Shown here in pieces: positions 21,601 through 35,560 of a stretch of DNA of 64,000 nt (within the stretch, counting starts at the first letter, position 1; each line of letters begins with the position of its first letter). Made by a program: the position numbers and the translations under genes. The notes under the pieces were generated by a model. It searched no databases and was not told where the DNA came from. It worked only from the letters and a program-made list of their open reading frames with translations. Origin of the DNA: Chiloscyllium plagiosum (Eukaryota); the NCBI RefSeq assembly GCF_004010195.1, contig NC_057746.1, positions 24,535,241 to 24,599,240 of the forward strand, read 5' to 3'.

Positions 21601-22282
21601 AACTGTCAGGTGTCAATTATGTAGAACCTTAAAGAGTTAAGGATGTATTTTCTTGGGATGAGCCTTTGTGGTGAATAGTGTCGGGAAGCAGTTTCAAACT
21701 TTGCTTTACGAGGAAGTTTAAAATTGTTCTGACTCTTAGATTTAGATAGCTTGTGATTTTTTTTATAATTAACTTGATTTAATAAACTTTGTTCTGTTGT
21801 TAATAAAATATCTAGAGTATGTTGCAGTAATTATCCATCAGTTAACTAACTAGGAGAAGAGGAAATAAAGACAACAACTATCGCTGAAGAAAATGTGCTA
21901 GGGCAACTAAAGTGGCTAAAGACCAATAAAGGTAATTACAAAGACATGAGGGAAGGGTTGGCCAGGATTGATTAGAAGGGGAGCCTAGCAGAGAAGACAG
22001 TGCAACAGCAATACGAGTTTCTGAGGGTAATTTGAGGGACAGAGTAGAAACTCATCCCAACGATGAAAAAACTGCTAAGGGAAGGACGGGGCAACCATGG
22101 ATGTCAAAGGAAGTCAGGGACAGCATAAAAGCAAAAGAAAAAGTAAGCAGTTTAGCGGGAAGTATTTAAAATGAGCAGAAGTTAAAAGAAGCAATGGGGG
22201 AGGGAGAAGATGAAATATGAGGGTAAACAAGCTAGTAATAAAGAAGATTGCAAGTATTTTAGATATCTAAAAGGTAAGAGCG

Positions 22283-24465
22283 AATTAGAACATAGAAAAA
22301 TACAGCGCAGTACAGGCCCTTTGGCCCTCGATGTTGCGCCGATCCAAGCCCACCTAACCTACACTAGCCCACTATCCTCCATATGCCTATCCAATGCCCG
22401 CTTAAATGCCCATAAAGAGGGAGAGTCCACCACTGCGACTGGCAGGGCATTCCATGAACTCACAACTCGCTGAGTAAAGAATCTACCCCGAACATCTGTC
22501 CTANNNNNNNNNNNNNNNNNNNNNNNNNNNNNNNNNNNNNNNNNNNNNNNNNNNNNNNNNNNNNNNNNNNNNNNNNNNNNNNNNNNNNNNNNNNNNNNNN
22601 NNNNNNNNNNNNNNNNNNNNNNNNNNNNNNNNNNNNNNNNNNNNNNNNNNNNNNNNNNNNNNNNNNNNNNNNNNNNNNNNNNNNNNNNNNNNNNNNNNNN
22701 NNNNNNNNNNNNNNNNNNNNNNNNNNNNNNNNNNNNNNNNNNNNNNNNNNNNNNNNNNNNNNNNNNNNNNNNNNNNNNNNNNNNNNNNNNNNNNNNNNNN
22801 NNNNNNNNNNNNNNNNNNNNNNNNNNNNNNNNNNNNNNNNNNNNNNNNNNNNNNNNNNNNNNNNNNNNNNNNNNNNNNNNNNNNNNNNNNNNNNNNNNNN
22901 NNNNNNNNNNNNNNNNNNNNNNNNNNNNNNNNNNNNNNNNNNNNNNNNNNNNNNNNNNNNNNNNNNNNNNNNNNNNNNNNNNNNNNNNNNNNNNNNNNNN
23001 NNNNNNNNNNNNNNNNNNNNNNNNNNNNNNNNNNNNNNNNNNNNNNNNNNNNNNNNNNNNNNNNNNNNNNNNNNNNNNNNNNNNNNNNNNNNNNNNNNNN
23101 NNNNNNNNNNNNNNNNNNNNNNNNNNNNNNNNNNNNNNNNNNNNNNNNNNNNNNNNNNNNNNNNNNNNNNNNNNNNNNNNNNNNNNNNNNNNNNNNNNNN
23201 NNNNNNNNNNNNNNNNNNNNNNNNNNNNNNNNNNNNNNNNNNNNNNNNNNNNNNNNNNNNNNNNNNNNNNNNNNNNNNNNNNNNNNNNNNNNNNNNNNNN
23301 NNNNNNNNNNNNNNNNNNNNNNNNNNNNNNNNNNNNNNNNNNACTCTCAACCTATCCTCGTATGACCTATTCTCCATTCCAGGCAACATCCTGGTAAATC
23401 TTCTCTGCACCCTCTCCAAAGCTTCCACGTCTTTCCTAAAGTGAGGCGACCAGAACTGCACATAGTACTCCAACTGTGGCCTAACCAAAGTCCTGTACAG
23501 CTGCAACATCACTTCACGATTCTTGAATTCAATCCCTCTGCTAATGAATGATAATACTCCATAGGCCTTCTTACAAACTCTATCCACCTGAGTGGCAACC
23601 TTCAAAGATCTATGTACATAGACCCCAAGATCCCTCTGTTCCTCCACCTGACTAAGAACCCTATCATTAACCCTGTATTCCGCATTCTTATTTGTTCTTC
23701 CAAAATGGACAACCTCACACTTGGCAGGGTTGAACTCCATCTGCCACTCCTCAGCCCAGCTCTGCATCATGTCTAAGTCCCTCTGCAGCCGACAACAGCC
23801 CTCCTCACTGTCCACAACTCCACCTATCTTCGTATCATCTGCAAATTTACTGACCCACCCTTCGACTCCCTCATCTAAGTCATTAATAAAAATTACAAAC
23901 AGCAGAGGACCATCAACTACTACCCTCTGTCTTCTTCCAGCCAGCCAATTCCTAATCCAAACCTCCAACTCACACTCAATGCCATACCTCCGTATTTTTT
24001 GCATGGAGAACTTTATCAAACGCCTTACTAAAATCCATATACACCACATCTACCGCTTTACCCTCGTCCACCTCCTTAGTCACCTTCTCAAAGAATTCAA
24101 TAAGGGGTTTGTGAGGCACGACCTGCCCTTCACAAAACCATGCTGACGATCCTTGATCACATTATTCCTATCCAGATGTTCATAAATCCTATCCCTTACA
24201 ATTCTCTCTAAGACTTTGCCCACGACAGAAGTGAGACTCACCGGCCTATAGTTACTAGGGTTATCCCTACTCCCCTTCTTGAACAAGGGAACCACATTTG
24301 CTATCCTCCAGTCTTCTGGCACTATTCCTGTAGACAACGAGGACATAAAAATCAAGGCCAATGGCTCTGCAATCTCCTCCCTTGCTTCCCAGAGAATCCT
24401 AGGATGAATGCCATTAGGCCCAGGGGACTTATCTACTTTCACCCTTTCCAGAATTTCCAACACCT
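22283..24465 (-). mobile_element. Relatively young CR1 LINE (5'-truncated), ORF2 RT region
   Basis: Minus-strand KSPGPNGIHPRIL..WRIANVVPLFKKGSRDNPSNYRPVSLTS, FINDLDEGVEGWVSKFADDTK, LERVQRRFTRMLPG. 3' tail at 22285-22330. Direct repeat taagagcg at 22275-22282 and 24466-24473. Contains the gap 22504-23342. Confidence 0.93.
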
Positions 24466-25902
24466 TAAGAGCGGAAATTGGACTGTTAGGACAGTAGTGG
24501 ACGTTATACATTAACGATCTGGACAGAAGAACTAATGGAATTGTTGCTAAGTTTTCAGATGACACAAAGAGAGGTGGAGGAACAGATAGTGTTGAGGAAG
24601 CAGGGAAACTGCAGAACGGCCTGGACAGACTAGGAGAGTTAACAAAGAAATGGTAGATGGAATACAGTGTGGGAAATTTGAGGTTATACACTTTGGTAGG
24701 AAGAATAGAGACACTGACTATTTTCTAAACAGGAAAGCCTTCGAAAATCTGATGGACAAAGGGACTCAGGAGTCATAGTTCAGGATTTTCATGGGGTTGA
24801 TATGCAGGTTCAGATGGCAGTTAGTAAGGCAAATGCAATGTGAACATTCACTTTGAGAGGGCTAGAATACAAGAGCAGAGATGTACTGCCGAGGCTATAT
24901 AAGGCTCTGGTTAGACTACATTTGGAATCCTCTATGCAAGGAAGGATGTCCCAGCCTTGAAGGGAGTCCAAAAAAGGTTTACAAATCCAGGTATGATCCT
25001 GGATTTGAAGGGATTGTCATATAAGGTGCATTTGAGGACTCTGAATCTGAACTTGATCGAGTTTAGAAGGTTGAGGGAGATCTGATTGAAACTTACAGAA
25101 CACCGAGAGGCCTGGTTAGAGTGGATGTGGAAGAAACATTTCCACTAGTCGGACAGAGTAGGACCTGAGGGCAAAGCCTCAGACTGAAGGGACGACCCTT
25201 GAGAACTGAGTTGAGGAGGAATTTCTTCAGCCAGAAGCTGGTGAATCTGCAGAATGCATTGCCACAGAGGTCTGTGGAGGCCAAATGATTGAGTGTCTTT
25301 GACACATAACTAGGGTCTTGATTAGGAGCAGGATCAATGGTTACAGGGAGAAGCTAGGAAAATGGGGTTGAGAAACATATCAGCCATGATCGAATAGCAG
25401 AGCAGACTTGATGGCCCAAATAGCCTAATTCTGCTCCTCTCTCTATGGTTGATGGATAAGCCCATGAACCTGAAGGGATATATCCAAGGATATTAAAGGA
25501 CATAGCTGCAGAGATAATGGATAAACTGGTAGTAATCTTTCAGGATTCCTGAAATACTAGTGAACTTGCAAAGAATTGGAAAACTGCCAGTGTGATACCT
25601 TTATTCAAAAAATCAGACTCCTATAGGTCAGTTTGCTTACTGGAAAAATGTTGGGAGTCTATTATAAAGGATGAAATGGCAGAACATTTATGGATACAGT
25701 ACATGATCAAACAGAGTCAGCACAGCTTTATGAAGGGGATTCATGTCTGAAAAATTCACTAGATTTCTTTGAGGTGGTAACAAGCAGGATTGATAAAGGG
25801 GAAACAGTCACAATAAATTTGGATTTTCTGAAGATATTTGACAAGTTCCCACACATTATGTTGTTGAATAAGATAACAGCCCATGGTACTGGTATATTAG
25901 CA

Positions 25903-26210
25903 TGGGGAAGCAATGGCCTAGTGGTATGATTGCTCGACTGTTAATCCAAAGACTCTGGTAACTGTCTGGGACCTGGGTGTAAAATCTGGGAGTAAGAGTC
26001 TAATGATGACTATGAATCCATTGTCTATCGTCGGAAAAACTCATCTGGTTCACTAATGTCCTTTAGGGAAGGAAGCTGCTTTCCTTACCCTGACTCCAGA
26101 CCCACAGCAATGAGGTTGGCTCTTAACTGCCTCCTGGACAATTAGGGGTGGGAAATAAATGCTGACTTGGCTAGTGAATCTTGCCTCATCCCATGAATGA
26201 ATTTAAAAAA
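25903..26210 (+). mobile_element. tRNA-derived SINE with LINE-type 3' tail
   Basis: A-box-like tggcctagtggta and gggacctgggt. The tail caattagggg.tggga.aataaatgctg..catcccatgaatgaatttaaaaaa is shared with the LINE ends at 32740-32800 and 39585-39650. Confidence 0.6.
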
Positions 26211-26379
26211 AGGATTGCCAAACTAATAGGGATCAGAGGGTGAGGATAAGGGGAGCATTTTCAGGATGGTAATCTATAACTGCTGAAGTGCCACAGCACT
26301 CAGTGCTGGGGCCACAATTATTGACAATATATATTAATGACTTGGATGAGGAAAGTGAATGTACTGTAGCCAGGTTTGC

Positions 26380-26634
26380 AGATTAGATTCCCTACAGTGT
26401 GGAAACAGGCCCTTCAGCCCAACCAGTCCTCACCAACCCTCCGAAGAGTAACCCACCCATACCCATTTCCCTCTGACTAATGCACCTAACACTATGGGCA
26501 ATTTAGCATGGCCAATTCACCTTAGCGGGAAGAATGTGCAAACTCCACACAGACAGATGCCCGAGGCTGGAATCGAACCTGGGACCCTGGTGCTGTGAAA
26601 CAGCAGTGCTAACCACTGAGCCACCGTGCTGCCC
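26380..26634 (-). mobile_element. V-SINE, internally deleted
   Basis: Reverse complement of the V-SINE head and tail, with part of the V domain missing near 26525. Confidence 0.9.
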
Positions 26635-26700
26635 CCATGATACAAGAATAGGTGGGAAGGCAAGTGGTGAGGATGACATAAAGAGTCTGCTGATGATTAT

Positions 26701-27082
26701 TGTGACAAAGCTGCTCCTTTAACAAGGTTATGCTGTCTTTGGCTTTTTTTCAGACAGGTGGTAAAAGACCTTGACTCTGAAAAATCTGGGGTTTAAGGGT
26801 TTTAGGGTCAATTTGATAATATCGAAAAGATACTGCCTTCGGCAGAAGACTTTCAAGTTTTAAAAAACACTTGTACAATGAAAGGGGAGTGGCCAGTCTC
26901 CCAGCTCAGCTTCTCTCTGGTTTGGTTTGCGTTGGGTTTTAGCAGTAGTGTGGATAAAGCTGCTGGACCCAAAGAAGCAAATCCAGGCTGATACTCTTTC
27001 TCTGACTTTTATCCTGTAAGAATCTGTGTTTGATTTTACCTTTTGTGCCAAGGGGTGTTTATGGGGATTGTTGCAAGTACTT
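26701..27082 (+). mobile_element. LTR fragment (family related to 28260 and 62331)
   Basis: Begins TGTGACAA and shares aaggttat..ttt, ggagtggccag.ctc.cag and gaatctgtgtttga.ttt.ccttttt..gccaaggggtgtttatggg with the other copies. Truncated at the V-SINE. Confidence 0.6.
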
Positions 27083-27084
27083 GT

Positions 27085-27217
27085 GGGCGGCACGGTGGCA
27101 CAGTGGTTAGCACTGCTGCCTCACAGCGCCAGAGACCAAGGTTCAATTCCCGCTTTAGGCGACTGACTGTGTGGAGTTTGCACATTCTCCCTGTGTCTGC
27201 GTGGGTTTCCTCCGGGG
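27085..27217 (+). mobile_element. V-SINE, 3'-truncated
   Basis: Head and start of the V domain, near-identical to the 12983 copy. Confidence 0.9.
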
Positions 27218-28259
27218 TCATGTCACTATCGACCTGACTAGCAATCAAAGTAGAGAACTATGTTAATCATTATTTCAAGGTGATTTTGGTAGCTCATTAT
27301 CTGAGAACATTGTTCTTCTGACAGAAGATTGTATCTCTCTGACTTTGTAAAGGAGCTCCCTCTTGATGGAAGATCATCGATCCAACACACTCGCGGGAAG
27401 CCCACAGAATTAGATAGAACAATGTCCAATATTAATCTCAACTGATTTCAATGAAGTGTTAAGTTGGTCTTGACCTGCTGAGTGTTTCTGGAGTTTTTGG
27501 TCCCTAACGATGTTTTCATTTACAGTCATTTCAGCTACTTTAATGTTGTAAAGACTGCATCTTTTGCTTTACTTCATTTTTGATTGTGGACTGAGTTGTA
27601 AAAAGGACAGTTTTACAACAAAGGATTGAAGAAGGAATGACTCTAGTTTTTTTAAAAGAAAAACAAGTTACTGAAGCACATTTTAAGTTGTGTTTACACT
27701 GCTGCTTTTTATGAGCAGTTGAAAGGTTGGGGGTGGGTAGGCTGTTTATAATTGGGCTAGCACCAGGGGATGAGTACAAAGTGACATTTGGCTGGCAACA
27801 GGTTGCTGTTTGGTTTGTGGAGTTGTGACCAGTCGTGGAAGCTAAAGGCCATCAGCCTGACAACAACTATCTAATTGGCTCCGAGGTAATTGAACAACTT
27901 GTAGGTACGAACAATACTGGCAGAAGCTTTCAGACTGTTGCAAGAGCAGATGAGATGAGATGAGTTCCTCTCCAGTAAATTACCCAAAGAACGTCATTTG
28001 CTGTAAGCTGTGGCATTTAAGCAGTAGCTAAGAGACTTTGTAGTTAGTGTATCAATAATTGGTATTTCCTGTGAAGAACTGAAAAGTACCTGGAGAAGAT
28101 AAATAGAAAATCATGGCAAGCAAAAGGATCATCTCAGTGAAACCTGTGGATTGGGGCCAGTGAACTGCTTCCCCAGTTTATTTCCATCTACCCATGAGAC
28201 CACTGTTTTTTGTCTGTCTGCGTATGTGTGTGTGTATACCATGTTTTAGGAGGGATTGG

Positions 28260-28895
28260 TGTGACAATACTGTCACTTTAAAAGGTTATTTTCTCCTGTT
28301 TTTCTTTAAAAGAGGTCGTAAGGCAGAGGTGTAGGTCTGTATACTGATTATCACTTGAGTAAACAGCTTGGGAGGCCTTGGGTTTTGTTTGACACCCTGA
28401 ATGAGTGTGGCCAGCTCTCAGAGATCCAGAATTCTGGGTTTTGGCTTTTTTTCAGTGACATCAGAAGCTACTGGGGTCTCAATAGTTTTGGAATCTTCAG
28501 TGAATGTCTCCTGGTTGCTATTACCTCTGAATTTTCTCTTGATGTTTTTTTCCCTTCTGGATTAGGGAACTGCATGTGAGAATCTGTGTTTGAATTTTCC
28601 TTTTTTTGCTAAGGGGTGTGTTTATGAGATGTTATGATATTAGAACAATTAGTAATAGTTACTGCATCTATTATTCTGTCAAATTTTCCAATACAGTTAG
28701 GTTATTCTAAATCCCTCTTTCTTTGGTTGCAATTTAACTGCAGAGTTTAAATAAATTGTATTTTGCTTAACATCGAGTAGTTTGACCAGTCGCATTGCAT
28801 CGGGAGCAGGGACTTTATGCTTGCCTTTAAAATAAGAAAAGGTTACGGTCTAGGATATCTTCTCAAAATATTTTGAGATGGTCTGGTCCATAAGA
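28260..28895 (+). mobile_element. Solo LTR
   Basis: TGTGACAATAC..ggtctggtccataaga, colinear with 62331-62955, internal aataaa near 28750, flanks ttgg/ttgc (degenerate 4-bp TSD). Confidence 0.75.
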
Positions 28896-30479
28896 TTGCT
28901 TAGTAATTTAACTAATGAGTTACATGCTGACTATTCAGAGTTGTTTATATGTGCTTAGAATCTATCAGTAGTGAAACCTGTACATATTTTCTGGGTCCAT
29001 CTGACAGGTAAATTGGGGTCTTTGTGTACTTTGACAATTTTTAAAACAATATTTTAGTGATGTCTCGGAGAGTAGCAAGGCCTCGATTTCCAGAATGCTA
29101 CCCCAGTGAGATGTGATAGGGTAAATAACCACACTCTGAATTGATCTGTGGTTTTTTTTGGAAGATCGGTTCATCAATGGCTGAGAGCCTTAAAGTTGAC
29201 CCTTTAGTGATGAATGGGTGATTTTGGTGAATGGAAAGGGGTTTGGAACCACTTCTTCGGAAAGTTGGTAAGACAAGTTTAGTAACATATGAAGAGCTTT
29301 TTCACCATTTACAAGGTTAGCCTCAGGAGTAGGAGCATGGTGGAATATTGAACACTCACCTGGATGGATTGCAGCCACAGCAACAGGCAAGTCAGGCAGT
29401 GCCGAACAGTTCAAGTGTTTGGCAGTCGCACTGCCCTGTTCATTCTCCACCGTTGGGATATTGTGGCCTCAGTGTACAGGGTCTTGACTCTGGGTCGCTT
29501 CAGCATCCCCCTCACACTACTCTCCCAGCTATTTCCATCACTGACAACATCAACATTTTGCTTAGTACTTTAACACCTGCAGGCTCCTTATCCTCACTGC
29601 CATCCCCTCATTTCCTGATGGATCAATGTCGTTGACTTCCCTACGAGCACCATCACCACAAGCACTGCCAGGGTTAAAGACCCACAAACACCAGTACTGT
29701 TTCAGGTGGGGAGGGGTGATGGAGAATAAATCCACCTTTGTAACATCAAATAAATACTAACAGAAAAATGAATACTGTCTGTGACCAACACTTTTGAGAT
29801 CCATTGATTTCCGCTGGGCTTACAAATCTCAATCCAGGAAACTGGCTCCAGCATCCCTGGAGTTATATATTGAGGTTAAAAGAATTCCTATGTGTTGTGA
29901 TTCAGTATCATGTTTATGTGGCCATTCTTTGTGCCGGAGCATTATTCTCAGCATAGTAGTTGATCACAGGAAGGGACATCACAGATATGATCTATTTCTA
30001 TGTTTACCTGATGTAATTCCAGGAATCTCTATTCCTCATATGGTCCAGCAGTACTGATGCTAGGGCTTTGTGCACTGTCTGAATGGGTCCTGGATAATAA
30101 AATATGGCTTGAATGAATAGATTGAGAGTTCAGTTACCACACAGTCTGCAAGGTAATGCTTCACATCTCTGGTTTATGATTATGCACATGAGTCTATCCT
30201 ATTTTTGGAGCTCTACCCTATTTCGTTTCTTCTCACCATCTCTTTCAATTTCATCCAAACAATAACACAATTCATTGATCCTCCAGTTCAATCTCCTTTC
30301 CATATGAATTATTCTACAGCACCATTACCTGTTGAGCAAAGACAGTGACCTGTCTTCCTTTTCTGATGCTACCTTTTACATTTTCATATTGAGCTCTTTG
30401 ATTTTCCACTATTTGGCAGAGAACTAAAACTTAGAGAACGTCCACGTCAAGCACCTTGAGGCATTTCTGAAAAAAGGAA

Positions 30480-32800
30480 TCAACTGTTTTGTGAGGAAGA
30501 CGTGGCAGAGATATCACAACGGGAACTCATAATGACTCATTGTTTTTAATAGTATCGGTTGAGAGAGGAGTCTTGAGCAGGAAGATGGAAGAATTCTCAG
30601 ATCTACTTCAGACAGTCTCATGGGATCATTACCATCCAGATAGCCACCAGACAGAGTCTGAGTCCCAGACAATGGGTACTCCTTCAACATTGCATCATGT
30701 CCAAGGGAAAATCTCACAGACAATTAGTACTTTTTGCATTGTATTGTAAAGGGAAGCATCTTTTACATGGTATCAGGTCAAGCATGGATAAGGAAACTTC
30801 CTATTGATTACCATCTTTAACCCTCCTCCTGATGAATCAGTTCTTCTCCACGATGAAAACTACTTGGAAAAAGCAATGAAGGTGATCTTGGAACAGAATA
30901 TTGGGGGGGGGGGGGAACTTCAGTGTCCATCACCAAGAGTGGCTTAGTAGCACTACAACTGAACTAGTCAAGTCCTGAAAGCAAATCTGGCCTGGAGCAG
31001 GTGCCAAGGGAACCAGCAAGAGAGTAGTTCTTTCCTCACAAGTCTACCTGTCGCAGATGCATCTGTCCATGACTGCATTGGGAAGAGTCAGCATTGCACA
31101 TTCATAGAAAAGACACGTGACAGCAAGAAATGGGCTGAAGGCACTAGATACCATAAAAGCTATGGGGCCCTGACAGTGACCTGGCAGCAGTAGTAAGAAT
31201 TGTGCTCCAACTATCCTTACCCAAGCTGTTTCAGTGCAGTTAGAGCACTGACTACCATCCAACAACATTAGAGATTAGCCAGGTAGGTATTGGCTATGGA
31301 AAATATGACAAATTCGACCCGACCCGTTACTAGCTCATCAGATTACTCTTGATCATCAGATGGAAGGTGATCATCAGAGTGTCATCAGAGAACGCTTACA
31401 CATTGATCACTTAACCTGATCACTGATGCTCAGTTTGGGTTCTGCCAGGACCCATCTAGCTCCTCACCTCAACTGAGCCTTGTTCCAAATACAATCAAAC
31501 AAACTGAACTTCAGACATGATAAGCGAGTGACTGCCTTTGACATCAAGGCAGCATTTGACTGAATGTGGCATTAAGGAGCCTGAACAAAATTGGAATCAT
31601 TGGGAATTAGGGAGAAAAAAACTCTGCACTGGCTGGAGCCATTCCTAATACATAGGAAATGGTTGTGGTTGGAGTCCAGACATCTCAACCTGAGGACAAT
31701 TCTGCAGGAGTTCCTCAGAGTGGTATCCTAGGCCCAACTACCTTCAGCTGCTTCATTGACCTTCATCACAAAGTCAGAATGTTTGTTGGTGATTGCTGTG
31801 TTCCTCACCATTCACACCCTCTAAGATACTGAAGCAATCCATGTCCATATGCAGCAAGGCCTGGACAACATTCAGGCTTGGGTTGAAAAATTGGCAACCA
31901 CCTCAACTTAACATTCAGCGGCATTACCAGTGGGTGGCACGGTGGCACAGTGGTTAGCACTGCTGCCTCACAGCGCCAGAGACCCGGGTTCAATTCCCGA
32001 CTCAGGCAACTGACTGTGTGGAGTTTGCACGTTCTCCCCGTGTCTGCGTGGGTTTCCTCCGGGTGCTCCGGTTTCCTCCCACAGTCCAAAGATGTGCACG
32101 TTAGGTGAATTGGCCGTGCTAAATTGCCCGTAGTGTTAGGTAAAGGGGTAAATGTACAGGAATGGGTGGGTTATGCTTCGCCGGGTCAGTGTGGACTTGT
32201 TGGGCCGAAGGGCCTGTTTCCACACTGTAAGTAATCTAATCTAATCTAATCTGTAAGTAATCTAATCTTAAATCCTCTACTATCAACATCTTTGGGGTTA
32301 TCATTGACCAGAAACTGAATTGGACCAGCAATATAAATACTGTGACTACAAGAGCAGGCCACAGGATGGAAATTGTGCCTCAATAACTTTCAAGAAACTC
32401 AACATCTTCTAAGGTAAAGCATTTTAACCACTATCTGAAGCATTCACCGCCTCCACCATCAACAGTGGCAGCAGTGTACACCAAATGCATTGCAGCACTT
32501 CCAAACCTATAGCCTCTACTGTGTAGGAGGACAAGGATGGTAGACACATGGGAACACCACCACCTGCAACCTCCCCTCAAAGTCGCAGGCCATCCTGACT
32601 TGGATCTATATTGCCATTCCTTCACTGTCACTGGGTTAAACTCTTGGAATCCCTTCCTAATGTCGTTATGAGTCCACCTACACTTGAAGGATTGAGGTGG
32701 TTCAAGCAGGCAGCTCACCACCACCTTCTTAAGGGCTAACAAGGGGCGAGCGACAAATGCTTTCCTCGCCAGAGATGTCAACATCCATGAAAAAAACAAA
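30480..32800 (+). mobile_element. Decayed LINE (CR1 group) with AP-endonuclease and RT remnants
   Basis: QVKHG.GNFLLIT..P..DESVLLH..LEKAM and G.FSVHHQEWL.STTT at 30770-30960, TAFDIKAAFD.MWH at 31530, AGVPQSGILGPTTFSCFI at 31705, and a 3' tail ending in an A run at 32790. Confidence 0.75.
31932..32268 (+). mobile_element. V-SINE, full length
   Basis: Same structure as the 12983 copy, with a duplicated ctgtaagtaatctaatct tail. Confidence 0.93.
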
Positions 32801-34639
32801 ACTGCAACACTTCACTAAAATTACAGTTTAGATTAAATTTTTATTTGAACCCATGATTTTCTGTCTTAGAATTGAAAATGCCATCACAAGAACTCCAGAA
32901 ATAGGAGCAAGAGTGAACTATTTGGCCCATTAAGCCAGTTCCATCATTCAATACAATCATTGGCGGTCACCTTCACTTCCTTGCCCAGTCCCAAATCTCT
33001 CCATTTCCTGGGACAACAGATCATCATGTGCCTTTAACTCCTCAACTAATAGCATTGCACAAAAACCCTCATCAAATTTTGCCAACTGTAAATTGATCAT
33101 CTTGCAGTCTTTAACTTGTGTAATGGAATCAATTTCCTCTCAAGATACAATTCTGACATTCAAAGTTCTTTTTATTACTTACCTCAATAATGACTCCTTT
33201 TTTTAAATCAGAGTGACTTAAACGGCTCACCATATTCCACATGGTACCTAACCTGATACAGCTACGATACAAACAATTTAACCAGTTTCACAGGCAGCCT
33301 AAGGTCTGGGTTGACACTGTCATAGATCTACCTTTCAGTAATGTTCCTATTTAGCATGCCTTACCACTAAGCCATTTACTGCAAGGTCCACCTTTTATTC
33401 CACAGTCCATTTAGTCCAATTGGTCGATGCTGATGTTTACACTGTACATGAGCTTCCTTGCCTTCCCAATTCATTGTAACCTCCCAGTGAACCTCTCTAC
33501 TCCTCTCTCCACCATGTATGAATTTGCTTCCCCAGGAGGCCCTGATATTATTTACCTTGGCTGTGACACATGGTAGCAACGTCTGTAACAGAGTCATAAA
33601 GGATTACCAAATGTTCGTTAGCACTTAGCTGTATCCACCACTTATTGGACTAATTACATCGATCTAAATCCTTTCAGACTGATCCACATTCCTGTTCCAC
33701 AAACCTGGGGACTCTCACCAAATTATTACAGGGTTTGAAATAAACCCTTATATATTCCATTCATAACATTCCTTCCACCATTTAAAGCTCCAATTTATGC
33801 CAATCTGATCATTCCTGCTTTTAAAACAATTTAAAGACATACTTTACCTCCTATTCCACGATTTCTTACCTTAGCTATCAATCGCCGATGTGGAAGATTG
33901 TCAAAAGATCTCTGAAAATCCAAGTATACAACATGAGCTGTACTCCCCCTGCACATCAGGTCAGTGATATCTTCAACAGATTCCAGAATATTATTTTACA
34001 TGACCTCCATTTCTTGAAGCCAAGCTTAAATTTTTTTTTTCCCCTCTGATCATTCAGGTACTACACATTGAAAGAAACTGGGTTAAGCAAAAAAAAAACA
34101 ACAGGTAACCAAAAGTATCCAGTGCATTTGTGTATAATGTGTGAGCCTTCATTGTGGAGATTTCTTTCAATGGAATGTATAGGCAGAAACTGTTTCCCCT
34201 AGCAGATGGGTCAGTAAACAGAGAACATAGATGCAAGCTTAAAAAAAAATCCATTGCATTTTCCCCACATTTCTGATCTCACCCCTTTCCCTAACTCTCT
34301 GAACCACAATAGGGTCCCCCCGTTTATAGAACCATCGAAAGGAATGAGCAGACGTAGATGATTTAGCCACTGAACCTGCTCCCCCATTCAACTTTAGCAT
34401 CGTTGATCTTTTACCTTAACTATGTTCTTCTCATTCTCTCTCCTGGTTCCTTGATATTGTTAACATCTAGAACTCTATCCTGAACACTCAATGACTGAGC
34501 GTCCACAGCCCTCTGGTGTCAAGATCCATCACCCTCTGTATGAAAACAATCTCTTACCCTGAGACTGCACCCTCTGGTTCTAGACAACTGCACTACACCC
34601 TACATGGACCTTTCTTCATCTATCCAGTAAACACTCGCA

Positions 34640-35560
34640 ATCTCAACAGCCTCTATATTCAGTTGGCTTATCCTCCACTATCTCCAGCATGATGGCAGCA
34701 CTGAACACAGTCACTCCTCACTTCTGCTTCCAGTATTCTGAAGTGACCCTTCCCTACCTCAACAGACCACTTCTCAATCACCCTTGACAACCACTTCCTT
34801 TCCCATGGCACCACAGGAGGTGCAGTTCCTGATGCTTTACATCCCCACTGTCCAAAGACAGAAATATTCCATCCAAGTGAACATCACAAGCATTCGCTTT
34901 TCAGTTTAGTGTATTGTCTTTGTGACAATATGCAATCACTTGACATGACGGGGGTTGGGGAGGGAGCACAAATGGAGATGGGTCACTGCTTTGTTTTCAA
35001 GCTGTGGACGTAACCCTGAGCCATTGTTCACCTGTCATTTCAATTTTACACTCTGCTCTCTCATTCACCTCTCTGTCCTCAATCTGTTGTATACTCTTCT
35101 AATCAGTGAAACCTCAATCGCTTGAGTAGGCATTTTACATCCTTGTGAATCAACATTGAGTTTTACAATTTTAGACCTTAATTTGGCCTTGTCTCACTTC
35201 CTCGTCTTTGTGTGTTTCACCCTTTTTTCTCTTGCTTTTGCTCTCACACAACAGCTAGTCATCATTCTGCCATTCACACATTCTCAAAGTACAGTTTTAC
35301 TTGCTTTTGATGCTTGTCCCACTGCCCTGACCTTTGGCCTTGCACCATTAACTCCTTTGTCATTTAACTTCTCCTGTCTTCTAGCCTATCTAAGGCCCCT
35401 CCTTTTGTTCCTTTTCTCTCATCGTCCTCCGTTTCACCTGCTGGAAACCAGTTATACCTGTCATTTTTCACAGTTCCAGTGGGAGGTTACTGACCTGATA
35501 CATTGACTCTGTACTCGCCTGTCCACAGATGCTGCCAGACCTGCTGAGTATTTCCAGCAA
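34640..35560 (+). mobile_element. Old, highly diverged Penelope-like element 3' part
   Basis: Ends with tccacagatgctgccagacctgctgagtatttccagca, a PLE terminal repeat. Upstream there are remnants resembling the GIY-YIG region. Confidence 0.5.

Larger units (their letters stand above)
21890..26690 (+). mobile_element. Cluster of decayed + strand CR1 LINE fragments hosting younger insertions
   Basis: ORF2 remnants: QPWMSKEV near 22090, YINDLD..KFSDDTK at 24505-24570, 3' end with tail at 25200-25450, NWKTASVIPLFKK and LDFLKIFDKFPH at 25570-25855, YINDLDEE..VARFAD at 26330-26380. Confidence 0.8.

Noticed and set aside
35156-35506. 116-aa hydrophobic ORF
   Set aside because: Pyrimidine-rich 3' region of an old Penelope-like element, with a non-ATG start.
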